Shown here piece after piece: positions 9,534 through 18,303 of a stretch of 64,000 nt of DNA. The notes beneath the pieces are model-generated. The model saw nothing but the letters and a program-made list of their open reading frames with translations. It did not search any database and had not been told where the DNA came from. The DNA is taken from contig CAVJTH010000001.1 in the NCBI GenBank assembly GCA_963652365.1, positions 62,760-126,759 on the forward strand, written 5' to 3'. The DNA comes from Senegalimassilia sp. (GTDB lineage Bacteria; Fibrobacterota; Fibrobacteria; Fibrobacterales; Fibrobacteraceae). The translations under genes were made by a program, and so were the position numbers. The stretch's first letter is position 1, and each line of letters begins with the position of its first letter.

Positions 9534-11243
9534 ATGAAAAGACACTACCTGTTGTTTCTCGCCGCGGCGGCGCTTCTCGCGTGGCATTGCGGTGACGATG
9601 CGAACTCGGCGTCAAGCGTCGAAAACGGAGAAATTCCGCAGTCGCCGACCGTCGCCAGCTATCCCTACTACCTCGGCGGGTTTACCATCGATCCGGCGAC
9701 CGGAACGGTTTACGAAGCCGCGACCGGAATCGCGGCGGGGCAGCTCCTCGCCGACGGAACCGTGGTGAGCCTTGCGGACAATGTCACGCCGATTTTCGCT
9801 TGCGACACGACGCTCCTTCCGACGCTTTCTTCGGCGGGTTACCTTGTCAACAAGAGCGGTGTCGTTACGGACTTGAACGGAACGCCGCTCGGAAACCTCG
9901 AAAGCTCCTCGACGATTCGACTCCTCGACGGATCGCTTGTCGATTTGGCGGGGAACGTCATCGAGCTTCCGGGAACCGATTCGATCGCGATTCCGCAGAA
10001 TCCGGATTCTCTCGCGCTTTCTTCGGCAAGCGGCCCGGACGTGCCGGGCGTTTCCAGCGCGCAGACCGAAATCCCGGTTTCTTCCGGCGGTGAAGTTCCT
10101 GTTCTCAGTTCGTCTTCCGCCCAGGTTCTTTCGACCTCTTCGGCGAGCGGATCTTCGGCAAACGTGACGGGGAACCTCACGCAGACCGTGCAAAAAGGCT
10201 CTAGCATCGAAACGGTCGTGTTCAGCGGTGTCGCTTCCGAACCGGCCCGCTCCTGGAACCTCTACTTCTTGCAGATGAACTTCGACAAGGATCGGGGAAC
10301 CTATACGATTTCGGGAACGGTTCCCGAATATTTCCAGGACGGAAGTACGAGCGAAAAGCTGACGATCGATGGCAAGGAATACTCGTTCACGCTGAATGTC
10401 GGAAACGCTTCGGTAAAGAGTTCTTCGAGCGTCGCGGTGGAGCGTTCGTCGAGCGCGCAGGTCGTCATCTATTCCAGTTCCGCGGAAAAGTCGAGCAGCT
10501 CGGTCTCGGGCGGAACAGGCACGGAACTGAAATATGTCTCCGGAGGCGCATCTGGAAGTGGCTGGGCGACACGTTACTGGGATTGCTGCAAGCCGAGCTG
10601 CTCCTGGACGGAGAATGCGGGCAGCGGCAACGAAGCGAGAATGTGTACAGCGAGCGGCAGCAAGATCTCGAATTTTAGCGAGGCGAGCGTTTGCAAGGGC
10701 GGAAGCGCTTCGACCTGCACGAGCCAGATTCCGATTGTCGTAAACGACAACTTGGCGTATGCGTTCGCCGCGGTGCCGGCTTCGAACGGCGGCGCTTGCG
10801 GAAAATGCTTCGCGTTGACTTTTGACGGAACGGGCAAATACGAGACAAAGGCTCCGCAGCAGTCGCTAAAGGGAAAGGTCCTGGTGGTGATGGCTTCCAA
10901 TGTGGGGACAGACGTTTCCCAGGGCCAGTTCGACGTGATGATCCCCGGCGGCGGAGTCGGAATTTACAATGGATGCGCCGCGTTTGGCTGGGGTTCCCAG
11001 GGCGAGCAGTACGGTGGACTACTCTCCGACTGCGAAAAAGAAGTCGGCTACAGCAAAACGGGCTCCGCGCTCACGTCGGCGCGCAAGTCCTGCCTCGTAA
11101 ACAAGTGCAACACGGTCTTTTCCAACGATTCCCAGGCAAAGCAGGGATGCCTCTTCCTCGCGAACTGGATGAATGCCGCCGGAAACCCGAACCACAATTA
11201 TCGGGAAGTGGAATGTCCCGCGGCCCTCAAGGCGCAGTACTGA
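9534..11243 (+). CDS. GH45 endoglucanase lipoprotein with N-terminal repeat region and middle domain
   Basis: Signal MKRHYLLFLAAAALLAWHCGDD. Carries the classic GH45 signature ATRYWDCCKPSCSW and the second catalytic region QFDVMIPGGGVG. Ser-rich linkers are present. Confidence 0.85.
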   Translation: MKRHYLLFLAAAALLAWHCGDDANSASSVENGEIPQSPTVASYPYYLGGFTIDPATGTVYEAATGIAAGQLLADGTVVSLADNVTPIFACDTTLLPTLSSAGYLVNKSGVVTDLNGTPLGNLESSSTIRLLDGSLVDLAGNVIELPGTDSIAIPQNPDSLALSSASGPDVPGVSSAQTEIPVSSGGEVPVLSSSSAQVLSTSSASGSSANVTGNLTQTVQKGSSIETVVFSGVASEPARSWNLYFLQMNFDKDRGTYTISGTVPEYFQDGSTSEKLTIDGKEYSFTLNVGNASVKSSSSVAVERSSSAQVVIYSSSAEKSSSSVSGGTGTELKYVSGGASGSGWATRYWDCCKPSCSWTENAGSGNEARMCTASGSKISNFSEASVCKGGSASTCTSQIPIVVNDNLAYAFAAVPASNGGACGKCFALTFDGTGKYETKAPQQSLKGKVLVVMASNVGTDVSQGQFDVMIPGGGVGIYNGCAAFGWGSQGEQYGGLLSDCEKEVGYSKTGSALTSARKSCLVNKCNTVFSNDSQAKQGCLFLANWMNAAGNPNHNYREVECPAALKAQY

Positions 11244-11326
11244 TTTCTCCCCGCAGAAAGTTCCCGGGCGGCGGTTCGGGAACCTTTCTCTTGAAAGATA
11301 CTGGAATCTTGCTTTTCAGGCTCTGC

Positions 11327-12283
11327 TTACGGGTAGAGCCGTTTCTTTTTTAAGTCCTTGACGAGCGACGCCGGCATCCACTTTTCGATTTTCCTGTATT
11401 CGGGACTTTTTAGCAGTTCCGCGTTTTGCGCGGACTTCTTGCCGTCGCCCATTTCTCCGTAGATTCGGGCGAGGTTCCCGATCGCGCACCAGTAGCGCAC
11501 CGATTTCCCTGTCCGTTTCAGGTAGTCGCTTGCGCTCTCTTCGTAAATTTTCGCCGCCTCGGCAAAGCGTCCCAGCTTGTAGAGCATGTCGGCTTTCATC
11601 TGCATAAAGACGGGGTTCCCCGGAGCCTTGGCCAGGGAGCGATTCACGACATCGAGAGCCTTGCCGTATTCCTGCCGGTCGTAATACATCCAGGAGAGCG
11701 ACGTGGCGTAGAGCGCCCAGAAGAATTCGGAACGTTCAAACCCATTTTCGAGAGTCTTCAGGTATTCTTCGCGGTTGTCGGAGACGAACGGCAAGAAGCT
11801 CAATCCGTCATCGACGTAGTAGGCGTAAATCGCGTAAAAGGCTCGTGCGTCCGCGTCTTTGACGTCTTCGAATTTCTTGGCGGCCTTGCGGGTTCCGAGC
11901 GCTCCCTTGATGGAATGCCCCAGGGCGGTTCGAGCGTATCCCAGTTCGAATTCGCGCAAGACGTCCCAGCTTTCCGTTGCCGAACATTCGGAAAGTTCCT
12001 TTTCGGAGGCGATCAGCGCAAGCGTGTCGCCCGTGTCGTCAAATTCGCTCAGGTGGACGATTCCCCGGATAACGCAGGCAACTCCCGAATCCTTCTCCTG
12101 GATTTTTTGGATTGTCGCGTAGGCTTCGGCATAGCTTGTCTGGAGGGCCAGCCCAAAGGCGCGTTTCGCTTCGGCCTGGAGCGACCCGGGCAAGGCGAAG
12201 AGGGAACTGTCCGAAGCGCCGACAATCGCTGGGAACAAAAGTGCCGCGCCGAGAAAGGTCTTGATGGGTCTTGAATGTTTCAT
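11327..12283 (-). CDS. secreted helical-repeat (TPR-like) protein
   Basis: 318 aa with signal peptide MKHSRPIKTFLGAALLFPAIVGA and Ala/Tyr-rich helical repeats (GRFAEAAKIYEESASDY, GNLARIYGEMG). No family was recognised with certainty. Confidence 0.55.
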   Translation of the reverse strand: MKHSRPIKTFLGAALLFPAIVGASDSSLFALPGSLQAEAKRAFGLALQTSYAEAYATIQKIQEKDSGVACVIRGIVHLSEFDDTGDTLALIASEKELSECSATESWDVLREFELGYARTALGHSIKGALGTRKAAKKFEDVKDADARAFYAIYAYYVDDGLSFLPFVSDNREEYLKTLENGFERSEFFWALYATSLSWMYYDRQEYGKALDVVNRSLAKAPGNPVFMQMKADMLYKLGRFAEAAKIYEESASDYLKRTGKSVRYWCAIGNLARIYGEMGDGKKSAQNAELLKSPEYRKIEKWMPASLVKDLKKKRLYP

Positions 12284-12617
12284 TTGTCCTTGGGTCGTGT
12301 TTCGGAAAGTTTTACCGCCAAGCCTAAATCTAGAAAAAAGCTTCAGGGAAGGCGAGAAATCCGGTGACGGGCATCTTCGTGCACAGAACGTCTAACTCCT
12401 TTTAAATCAACAGGTTAAAGCGGGTTGTCATATTTTGACCGACAATTCTTTGCGAGATTAGTTTGTTGTAAATCCGCGGACGCCTGCTGGACAAGGCTTC
12501 TCGGCGATCTTGAAATAATGAATTTGTAAACAATCAACGCAAAGCAATTTGTATATATCTACAAAGAGACGCGATGCCTTTCATCGTATCCGAAAACGCA
12601 AGCAAAGAAGGCAACCT

Positions 12618-12839
12618 ATGATGAAGATTCTTCACAAGCCGGTTTCGCTTTCCCTGTATCTTTTAAGCTCCGGTTTCCAGTCTTTCAAGAAGCGCATTTC
12701 GCAGGAGTTGCAGCTTCGCCGTGGCGTGAACCTCGAAGATTTTGCCGACGACGAAAGCCTGTATGCGTTTTATCTTCGCGGAGAGCCGGAAGACTATGTT
12801 CTCGACGCTCTTTGCGGAAACGTTTCGGACGACTTTTAA
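12618..12839 (+). CDS. hypothetical small acidic protein (73 aa)
   Basis: Uses internal ATG12618, preceded by AAGAAGG. No recognisable family. Confidence 0.4.
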   Translation: MMKILHKPVSLSLYLLSSGFQSFKKRISQELQLRRGVNLEDFADDESLYAFYLRGEPEDYVLDALCGNVSDDF

Positions 12840-12849
12840 AACGAACTAA

Positions 12850-12870
12850 CCCCGGTGAAAATCACCAGGG
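12850..12870. terminator. hairpin between two convergent small ORFs
   Basis: ccccggtga-aaa-tcaccaggg forms a 9-bp stem with one mismatch. The flanks are T/A-rich but there is no clean U-tract. Confidence 0.35.
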
Positions 12871-12890
12871 CCAGAGCTTTTGGGAGATTC

Positions 12891-13019
12891 CTACTTTTCG
12901 TCAACCCACCAGGAACCGTCATCTTCATCGTCGGTTCTTGCCGTGTTGAACGAACAGCTTGGATTCCGATAGTCCAGATCGAGTTCTCGCTCGACCCAGA
13001 AGTTGTTCTGTTCTTTCAT
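12891..13019 (-). CDS. hypothetical 42-aa acidic, Trp-rich peptide
   Basis: Not in the ORF track (<60 aa). Reads MKEQNNFWVERELDLDYRNPSCSFNTARTDDEDDGSWWVDEK*. A strong SD (AAGGAG) lies 6 nt upstream of the ATG. Confidence 0.35.
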   Translation of the reverse strand: MKEQNNFWVERELDLDYRNPSCSFNTARTDDEDDGSWWVDEK

Positions 13020-13167
13020 TGTATTCTCCTTGCTGAGGTTGTCTTCCCAGCGGTTATGTCTTCTTTTCTAAGCAGACGACTATATTATACATAAAAAAAG
13101 AGAAAAAGCAAAAGCGCCTGTGTAAAATCGCGGAGATTTTCGGGCAAACAATTCTATTTTTGAGCGC

Positions 13168-13542
13168 ATGGACAAGAATGTGGAAAAAATCGTGATGATC
13201 GGGGATCGGATCCTGGTCAAGCCTCTCGAAGCGGCTTCGAAGACGGGAAGCGGACTTTACCTGCCGCCCGGCGTTCGGGAAAAGGACGCTGTCCGCGCGG
13301 GAATCGTGGTCAAGGTCGGGCCGGGATACCCTGTGCCTTCGACCGATCCGGATGCGTTTCTGAAGGAGGCCGGGGAGCCCATCAACTATGTTCCGCTCCA
13401 GGTGGAAGTCGGCGATCAGGCGCTTTACCTGCACGGAAACGCCTTTGAAATCGAAGTGAACGGGGAACGCTACGAAGTCGTGGGGCAGAATGCCGTTCTG
13501 CTCGTCATTCGCGACGACGGGCTTTCGGAACTCGGAGTCTAG
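13168..13542 (+). CDS. GroES-family co-chaperonin paralog (124 aa, with insertion)
   Basis: GDRILVKPLEAASKTGSGLYLP...GIVVKVGPG...VEVGDQALY matches the GroES fold pattern, with an extra ~25 aa in the roof region. No groEL gene is adjacent. Confidence 0.7.
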   Translation: MDKNVEKIVMIGDRILVKPLEAASKTGSGLYLPPGVREKDAVRAGIVVKVGPGYPVPSTDPDAFLKEAGEPINYVPLQVEVGDQALYLHGNAFEIEVNGERYEVVGQNAVLLVIRDDGLSELGV

Positions 13543-14352
13543 ATGAATCGCTATCCGGTCAAGATGTCGCTTGCGCTCGCCGCGCTTTCTCTTTTGGGAA
13601 TTCCGATGCTCGCGCTGGGCTATGCGGGTCTCTATGCGGTGGAACTGGCCGGGCTGCTTTCGATTTTCGGAACGCTTTCGACCGCGCTGGGCGTTCTCCT
13701 GCCGGTTTTCTTTCTCGTGTCGCTGTGGGGCATTCTCTATACGCTGTCGGCGTTTCTAAAGGGCTTGCCGGATACATTCGGGGAAAAGAAGCCGCTTCTT
13801 GGTCTCTTTCGCCTCTTGGTCTGCCTTGCCTGTGCGCTGAGCGTCCTTTCTCCGCTCTATTCCGTGTTTCCGGAGAGCGTCGCGATTTGCGTGGCATGGA
13901 CCTTTGCGTTTTCGATCGATCTGGTGGCGGGCGCGGCCTTGGGAATCCTGCTGGCGCTTCGTGCGGTTCGGGCAAAGAAATGGCTCGTTTTTGGAATCGG
14001 GGTTGCGCTTTTCGCGACGTTCCTGACCGATTTCAGCGGCTGTCGCGTTTTCGAATCCATCCTGGACTATCAGTTCGGGACTGCGCTCCCTGCGGATATG
14101 GATACGGGAAGCGGCCTGATGACCTACCTGTGGGGGCTTTCTCCTGCGGAAATCGATACGCTCGATGGAGAATCCCTGGCGGACATCCAGGAGGTTTCCG
14201 TGGTGCTGGGAATGCTTTTCGCTGCGCTGTTTGGCGGACTGGTCGCTGCGCATTGCGCATCGTCGGTCCTTCTGTTCGCCTTGCTTGCGATTTACTGGAT
14301 GCGAAAAAGGACGGCGCGAAAATCGATGGCTTCGGGAAAGATGCAATGTTGA
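13543..14352 (+). CDS. polytopic membrane protein, unknown function
   Basis: 269 aa with 7-8 hydrophobic helices. Its ATG directly abuts the GroES-like stop, and its stop overlaps the DMT gene start. Confidence 0.6.
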   Translation: MNRYPVKMSLALAALSLLGIPMLALGYAGLYAVELAGLLSIFGTLSTALGVLLPVFFLVSLWGILYTLSAFLKGLPDTFGEKKPLLGLFRLLVCLACALSVLSPLYSVFPESVAICVAWTFAFSIDLVAGAALGILLALRAVRAKKWLVFGIGVALFATFLTDFSGCRVFESILDYQFGTALPADMDTGSGLMTYLWGLSPAEIDTLDGESLADIQEVSVVLGMLFAALFGGLVAAHCASSVLLFALLAIYWMRKRTARKSMASGKMQC

Positions 14353-14687
14353 AAGTCGCCTTGATTACGGCGGGGATGCTCGTCTGTTCCAATCTCTTCA
14401 TGACGTTTGCCTGGTATGGGCACTTGAAGTTTCTGAACGCAAGGCCCTGGCTTGTCGCCGCGGTGGCTAGCTGGGGTATCGCGTTCTTCGAATACATGAT
14501 CCAGGTTCCGGCGAACCGTTACGGCTACACGGCGTTGAACGTTGTCCAGCTGAAAGTGATACAGGAAGTCGTCGCGCTTTCCGTCTTTGCGCCGTTCGCC
14601 GTGTTCATGATGAACCAGCCGCTGAAACTGGACTATCTCTGGTCGGCGCTTTGTCTTGTCGGAGCGGTCTATTTCGCGTTTCGCTGA
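14346..14687 (+). CDS. DMT-family small membrane protein (DUF486 type)
   Basis: Uses internal ATG14346 of ORF 13725..14687. NLFMTFAWYGHLKF...SWGIAFFEYMIQVPANRYGY...QLKVIQEVV matches the DUF486/DMT family as I remember it. Confidence 0.75.
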   Translation: MLKVALITAGMLVCSNLFMTFAWYGHLKFLNARPWLVAAVASWGIAFFEYMIQVPANRYGYTALNVVQLKVIQEVVALSVFAPFAVFMMNQPLKLDYLWSALCLVGAVYFAFR

Positions 14688-14702
14688 CCGAGCCTCTTCG
14701 CC

Positions 14703-16184
14703 TTACTTTGAAATCTGGGAGAGGACCGATTCGTATTGCTGCAATTCCCTGCTGAATTCGCCGAGGGCCTTGTAGCGCTTCAGGATGCGGTTCATGAAGA
14801 TCTTGTAGGATTCGATCGACAGGAACGGGTCGTTCTGGTATTCGAAGTTCTTGTTGTAGAGGGCCTTGATCTGCTTGAGGCTTTGGAGCGCGTGGGTGAT
14901 GACTTCGAAGAGCTTTTCGTGAGCGTCCTGCAGTCCCATGCGGTTTCTTTCCACGACAGCCGGGTCGTTTGTCCGCAGAATTTCGGAGGGGAGCTTCGCG
15001 TAGTCTTCATAGACGGTGTTCGCGTTCGGCGTCATGGCGGTCGATTTGGCGATCATGCTAGACGATGCGCGCATTCCGTTGCGCTTTGCCTTGGAATCGA
15101 TGGAAATCTTGCAGATGTCGCCACCCATGTAGTTGCACTTGGCGCGGGTCTCTTCGCGGTGCAGAACGTTCAGCGGAAAGAAATCCTCGTTGGTGCCGAC
15201 GCGGGACAGCGGGCAGAACAGGGTGATGGGTTCGTTGAAGACGGTGATGGAATAGGCGATGTACTCCTTGCCGTCGATCTGTGTCGTCTTGTAGAGGCTG
15301 CCGGTCGAATTCTTGAAATGCTCCGCGGACTGCAAGAGCTCCTTGGCGTCGGCTTGGAGCGTTTCCGGATTTGGAGCGTACGTGTCGAGGAATGCGCTGA
15401 TTCCATTCTGGAAGCCCTTGGCGATCGCCTCGTTCGTGGTGCGCTTTCCCCAGAGATCTTCGGAAAGAAAGAGAAAGTCGGTGACGTTCGTTTCGGTCCT
15501 TCCGGAAAAAAACGCCTGGGCTCTGGCCATCTTGGCGAGTCCGCGCCAACGCTTTGCCGATATGTAGATGTTGCTTCGTTCGCATTCGGCGGCGATCTGC
15601 TTGAGAATGGCGAGGCTGTCTTCGGAAATTTCGACCTGTTCGATGCTCTTGTTCCAGGCTTCCAGTTCGTCACGGGAAATCTTGAGTTCCTCTTCGGCGG
15701 AAAACAGGCTCGGGTCGCCGACGGAAGAAAGCAAGTCCTTGAGCGCGTCCGGGGAAACGCTGTCGGGAAAGGTCAGGACCAGATGGATGCTGTCCGCAAG
15801 GCCTGCTTCGGCGAGGCAGGCGTCCGGGCGGTTTCTGCCGCACACCAGAAGCGAACGGGAAAGTTCTTCGTCGAGAATCGCCCGGATGGCGGTCGTCATC
15901 GGGGTGATGGACGCTTCGAAGCCCGTAAAGACGGCAATGTCCAGGGATTTCGATTCTTCCGGAAGTTCCGAGAGGCGTCTTCCATATGACTGGACGTTCA
16001 GTCCGCGGAATCCGGAAACGAGATGTTCCACCAGTGCGCGCTTTCCGGATCCGGCCCGGCCGTAGAGATAGGTCGGCTGCTGCGTGACGACGGCCAGAAA
16101 GGCGAGCCGCAAGAGGTTTTCTCGCTCGACCAGGCCTTTTTCCAGTTCGGACAGCAATTTCCGGATTCTTTCCGCAAGTGTCAT
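14703..16184 (-). CDS. RavA/MoxR-like AAA+ protein with degenerate Walker motifs
   Basis: Uses internal ATG16184 with SD AAGGAG. The N-terminus LAERIRKLLSELEKGLVERENLLRLAFLA...YGRAGSGKRAL parallels E. coli RavA ([29 protein letters not shown]...GPPGIAKSL). Confidence 0.7.
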   Translation of the reverse strand: MTLAERIRKLLSELEKGLVERENLLRLAFLAVVTQQPTYLYGRAGSGKRALVEHLVSGFRGLNVQSYGRRLSELPEESKSLDIAVFTGFEASITPMTTAIRAILDEELSRSLLVCGRNRPDACLAEAGLADSIHLVLTFPDSVSPDALKDLLSSVGDPSLFSAEEELKISRDELEAWNKSIEQVEISEDSLAILKQIAAECERSNIYISAKRWRGLAKMARAQAFFSGRTETNVTDFLFLSEDLWGKRTTNEAIAKGFQNGISAFLDTYAPNPETLQADAKELLQSAEHFKNSTGSLYKTTQIDGKEYIAYSITVFNEPITLFCPLSRVGTNEDFFPLNVLHREETRAKCNYMGGDICKISIDSKAKRNGMRASSSMIAKSTAMTPNANTVYEDYAKLPSEILRTNDPAVVERNRMGLQDAHEKLFEVITHALQSLKQIKALYNKNFEYQNDPFLSIESYKIFMNRILKRYKALGEFSRELQQYESVLSQISK

Positions 16185-16234
16185 ATGCGCTCCTTGTGTT
16201 TCAAAAATATAGACGATTTTTCTAAAATAGGGGC

Positions 16235-17203
16235 ATGTCCGATGCGATTCTTCTTGTCCAGCTGGGTTCCCCGTCCGATGCTTCGCCGCAAAGCGTAGAA
16301 AGCTACCTCGTCGATTTCCTGGGAGATCCGCATACGCTCGGAAATCCTCCATTCTTCTGGAAGTGGCTTCTTCGCGGGATCATTGCGCCGAGACGCTCGG
16401 TAAAAAGCGCCGAAAAATATCGTCGGATGATCGAATCGTCGGGGCTTGGAGAAATGCCGCTGATTCATTATACGCGGCTCTTTGCCGAAAAAGTGCAGTC
16501 GGAAATGGGGCAGGTTCCGGTGGGCTACGCCTTCGAGTTCGGGTCGAAGCCTTCGATCGCGGACGCTCTCGCTGAATTTTCGCATCGAGGCCTGAGGAAT
16601 ATTTGCGTCGTTCCGCTTTTTCCGCAGCGTTCCCTGGTGACGACTGTCGCCGTGAGGGATCTGTCGATGGCCGCCTTTCGGAAATTTCCGGACCTGACGA
16701 TGCGTTTTGTCGACGGCTTTGCCAGGAAGAGGTTCTTTCTGGACGAAATCCTGCGCGGAATCCTGGATGTCTGGGACAGAAAAAGTGCCATCGTCTTTTC
16801 GTTTCACGGCACGCCGCTTCGCTTTGAACGGAGCGGTGACCCGTATGCGGAAGAGTGCCGGGCGGAATTTGAATTCTGGCGGAAAAGGCTTCTCGAAGAG
16901 GTCCCCGGCGCAAAAGTCCACCTTTCCTTCCAGAGCCGTCTCGGGCCTGTCAAGTGGCTCGAACCGTATTCCCTTCGGGTCCTTGAAGACCTGGGCAGGC
17001 AGGGAGAGAGCGTTCTCTGCGTCTGCCCGTCCTTTACCGCGGATAATCTGGAAACCCTGTACGAAGTCGATGTGGAATTGAAGCAGAAGTTCCTTGCTGC
17101 AGGCGGAAAACGCTTTGACCGCGTTCCATGCCCGAACGTTCGCCCGGACTGGATTCGCGGGTTTGCCGCGGAGATGCTCCGGAATTTGCGGGTGGATTCC
17201 TGA
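16235..17203 (+). CDS. hemH: ferrochelatase
   Basis: 322 aa. ILLVQLGSPSDASPQSVESYLVDFLGDP, FSFHGTP and PSFTADNLETLYEV are typical ferrochelatase blocks. Confidence 0.9.
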   Translation: MSDAILLVQLGSPSDASPQSVESYLVDFLGDPHTLGNPPFFWKWLLRGIIAPRRSVKSAEKYRRMIESSGLGEMPLIHYTRLFAEKVQSEMGQVPVGYAFEFGSKPSIADALAEFSHRGLRNICVVPLFPQRSLVTTVAVRDLSMAAFRKFPDLTMRFVDGFARKRFFLDEILRGILDVWDRKSAIVFSFHGTPLRFERSGDPYAEECRAEFEFWRKRLLEEVPGAKVHLSFQSRLGPVKWLEPYSLRVLEDLGRQGESVLCVCPSFTADNLETLYEVDVELKQKFLAAGGKRFDRVPCPNVRPDWIRGFAAEMLRNLRVDS

Positions 17204-18300
17204 TGAACGCCTTTTTGCGCGGAACCGTCTTGATCCTGTGCTCCGTCGTCTCCCTGTTCGCCGGGAAAACGGCGGATTCCGTAGCGACAGCCGAAGACAG
17301 GTCTTTTCAACGCTTTGCCGCGCTGCCCGTTCTTGGCTACTCCGAGGAAACCGGGCTGAAGTACGGAGCGATGCTGCTTCTCTTTACAAGACCCGAAATC
17401 GCTGGCGGTGACGCGTCGTCGCTAGACCTGATCGTGACGGGGACGACGAAGGGACAGATGGAGGTGAACGCTTCGCCGGATCTCTATCTGTTTGGCGGGC
17501 GCATCCATTCGGACATTTCTCTTGTGTACTGGAATTGGCGCGCCAAGTATTACGGAATCGGGAACAGTCCGGACCGGGACGTCTTTTTGCGCTACGACAT
17601 GGATCTCTTCAAGCTGTATGTGCCCGTCGATATCGGAATCCTTTCGCCCCCGAAAGCTCGGATGCTGAGTGTCGGACCGTATCTGTATCTGGAAACGAAC
17701 CGCGTGTCGTTCCGCAAGGGAGAGCTTTGTCGGCCGGAACTCGGCGGCGGGCTTCGGACCGGGCTGGGATTCCAGGCGACGCTGGATCTGCGCGACAACG
17801 TGAACTGGCCGGAAAGCGGAATCTATGCGAACTACCGGCAAATCTTTTACGCAAGGGCTTTTGGCGGCGACTACGACTTCTTTTCGCAGCTGCTGGACTT
17901 TCGGGCCTATTCGATGCTCTTTTGGAACACGTCGATTGCCCTCGGGGTGAACTACGAAATGCGGAAGGGAGACGTTCCGTTCGACATGCTGGCGACGCTC
18001 GACGGCGTAAAGCGCTTTCGCGGAGTGGAAAGGGGACTCTTCCTGGACAGGCAGGCTTTCAGTGCGCAAGCCGAGTTGCGGAAAAAGCTCTTCTGGCGTC
18101 TGGCGGGAACTATTTTCCTTGAAGCGGGAAAAGTCGGCCCGTACTTTTCGGAACTTTGGAAAAACGATTGGCACTATGCGGCGGGCCTTGGAGGCAGGCT
18201 CCTCTTGAACCGTTCGGAAAAGACCTACGCCCGCTGCGACTTCTCGCTGGTCGATGGCAAGTATCTTGGACTGACCATCTATCTGCGGGAAGCGTTCTGA
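17203..18300 (+). CDS. Omp85/BamA-type outer membrane beta-barrel protein
   Basis: Uses internal ATG17203, overlapping the hemH stop by 1 nt. It has a signal peptide, alternating beta-strand patterns and a C-terminal aromatic residue (..YLREAF). Confidence 0.6.
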   Translation: MNAFLRGTVLILCSVVSLFAGKTADSVATAEDRSFQRFAALPVLGYSEETGLKYGAMLLLFTRPEIAGGDASSLDLIVTGTTKGQMEVNASPDLYLFGGRIHSDISLVYWNWRAKYYGIGNSPDRDVFLRYDMDLFKLYVPVDIGILSPPKARMLSVGPYLYLETNRVSFRKGELCRPELGGGLRTGLGFQATLDLRDNVNWPESGIYANYRQIFYARAFGGDYDFFSQLLDFRAYSMLFWNTSIALGVNYEMRKGDVPFDMLATLDGVKRFRGVERGLFLDRQAFSAQAELRKKLFWRLAGTIFLEAGKVGPYFSELWKNDWHYAAGLGGRLLLNRSEKTYARCDFSLVDGKYLGLTIYLREAF

Positions 18301-18303
18301 AAA

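Noticed and set aside
12855-13094. 79-aa plus-strand ORF (GTG start) antisense to the 42-aa SD-preceded ORF
   Set aside because: It has no SD and a hydrophobic, odd composition, and it runs through the hairpin and the opposite ORF. It could not be excluded rigorously, so neither ORF gets high confidence.
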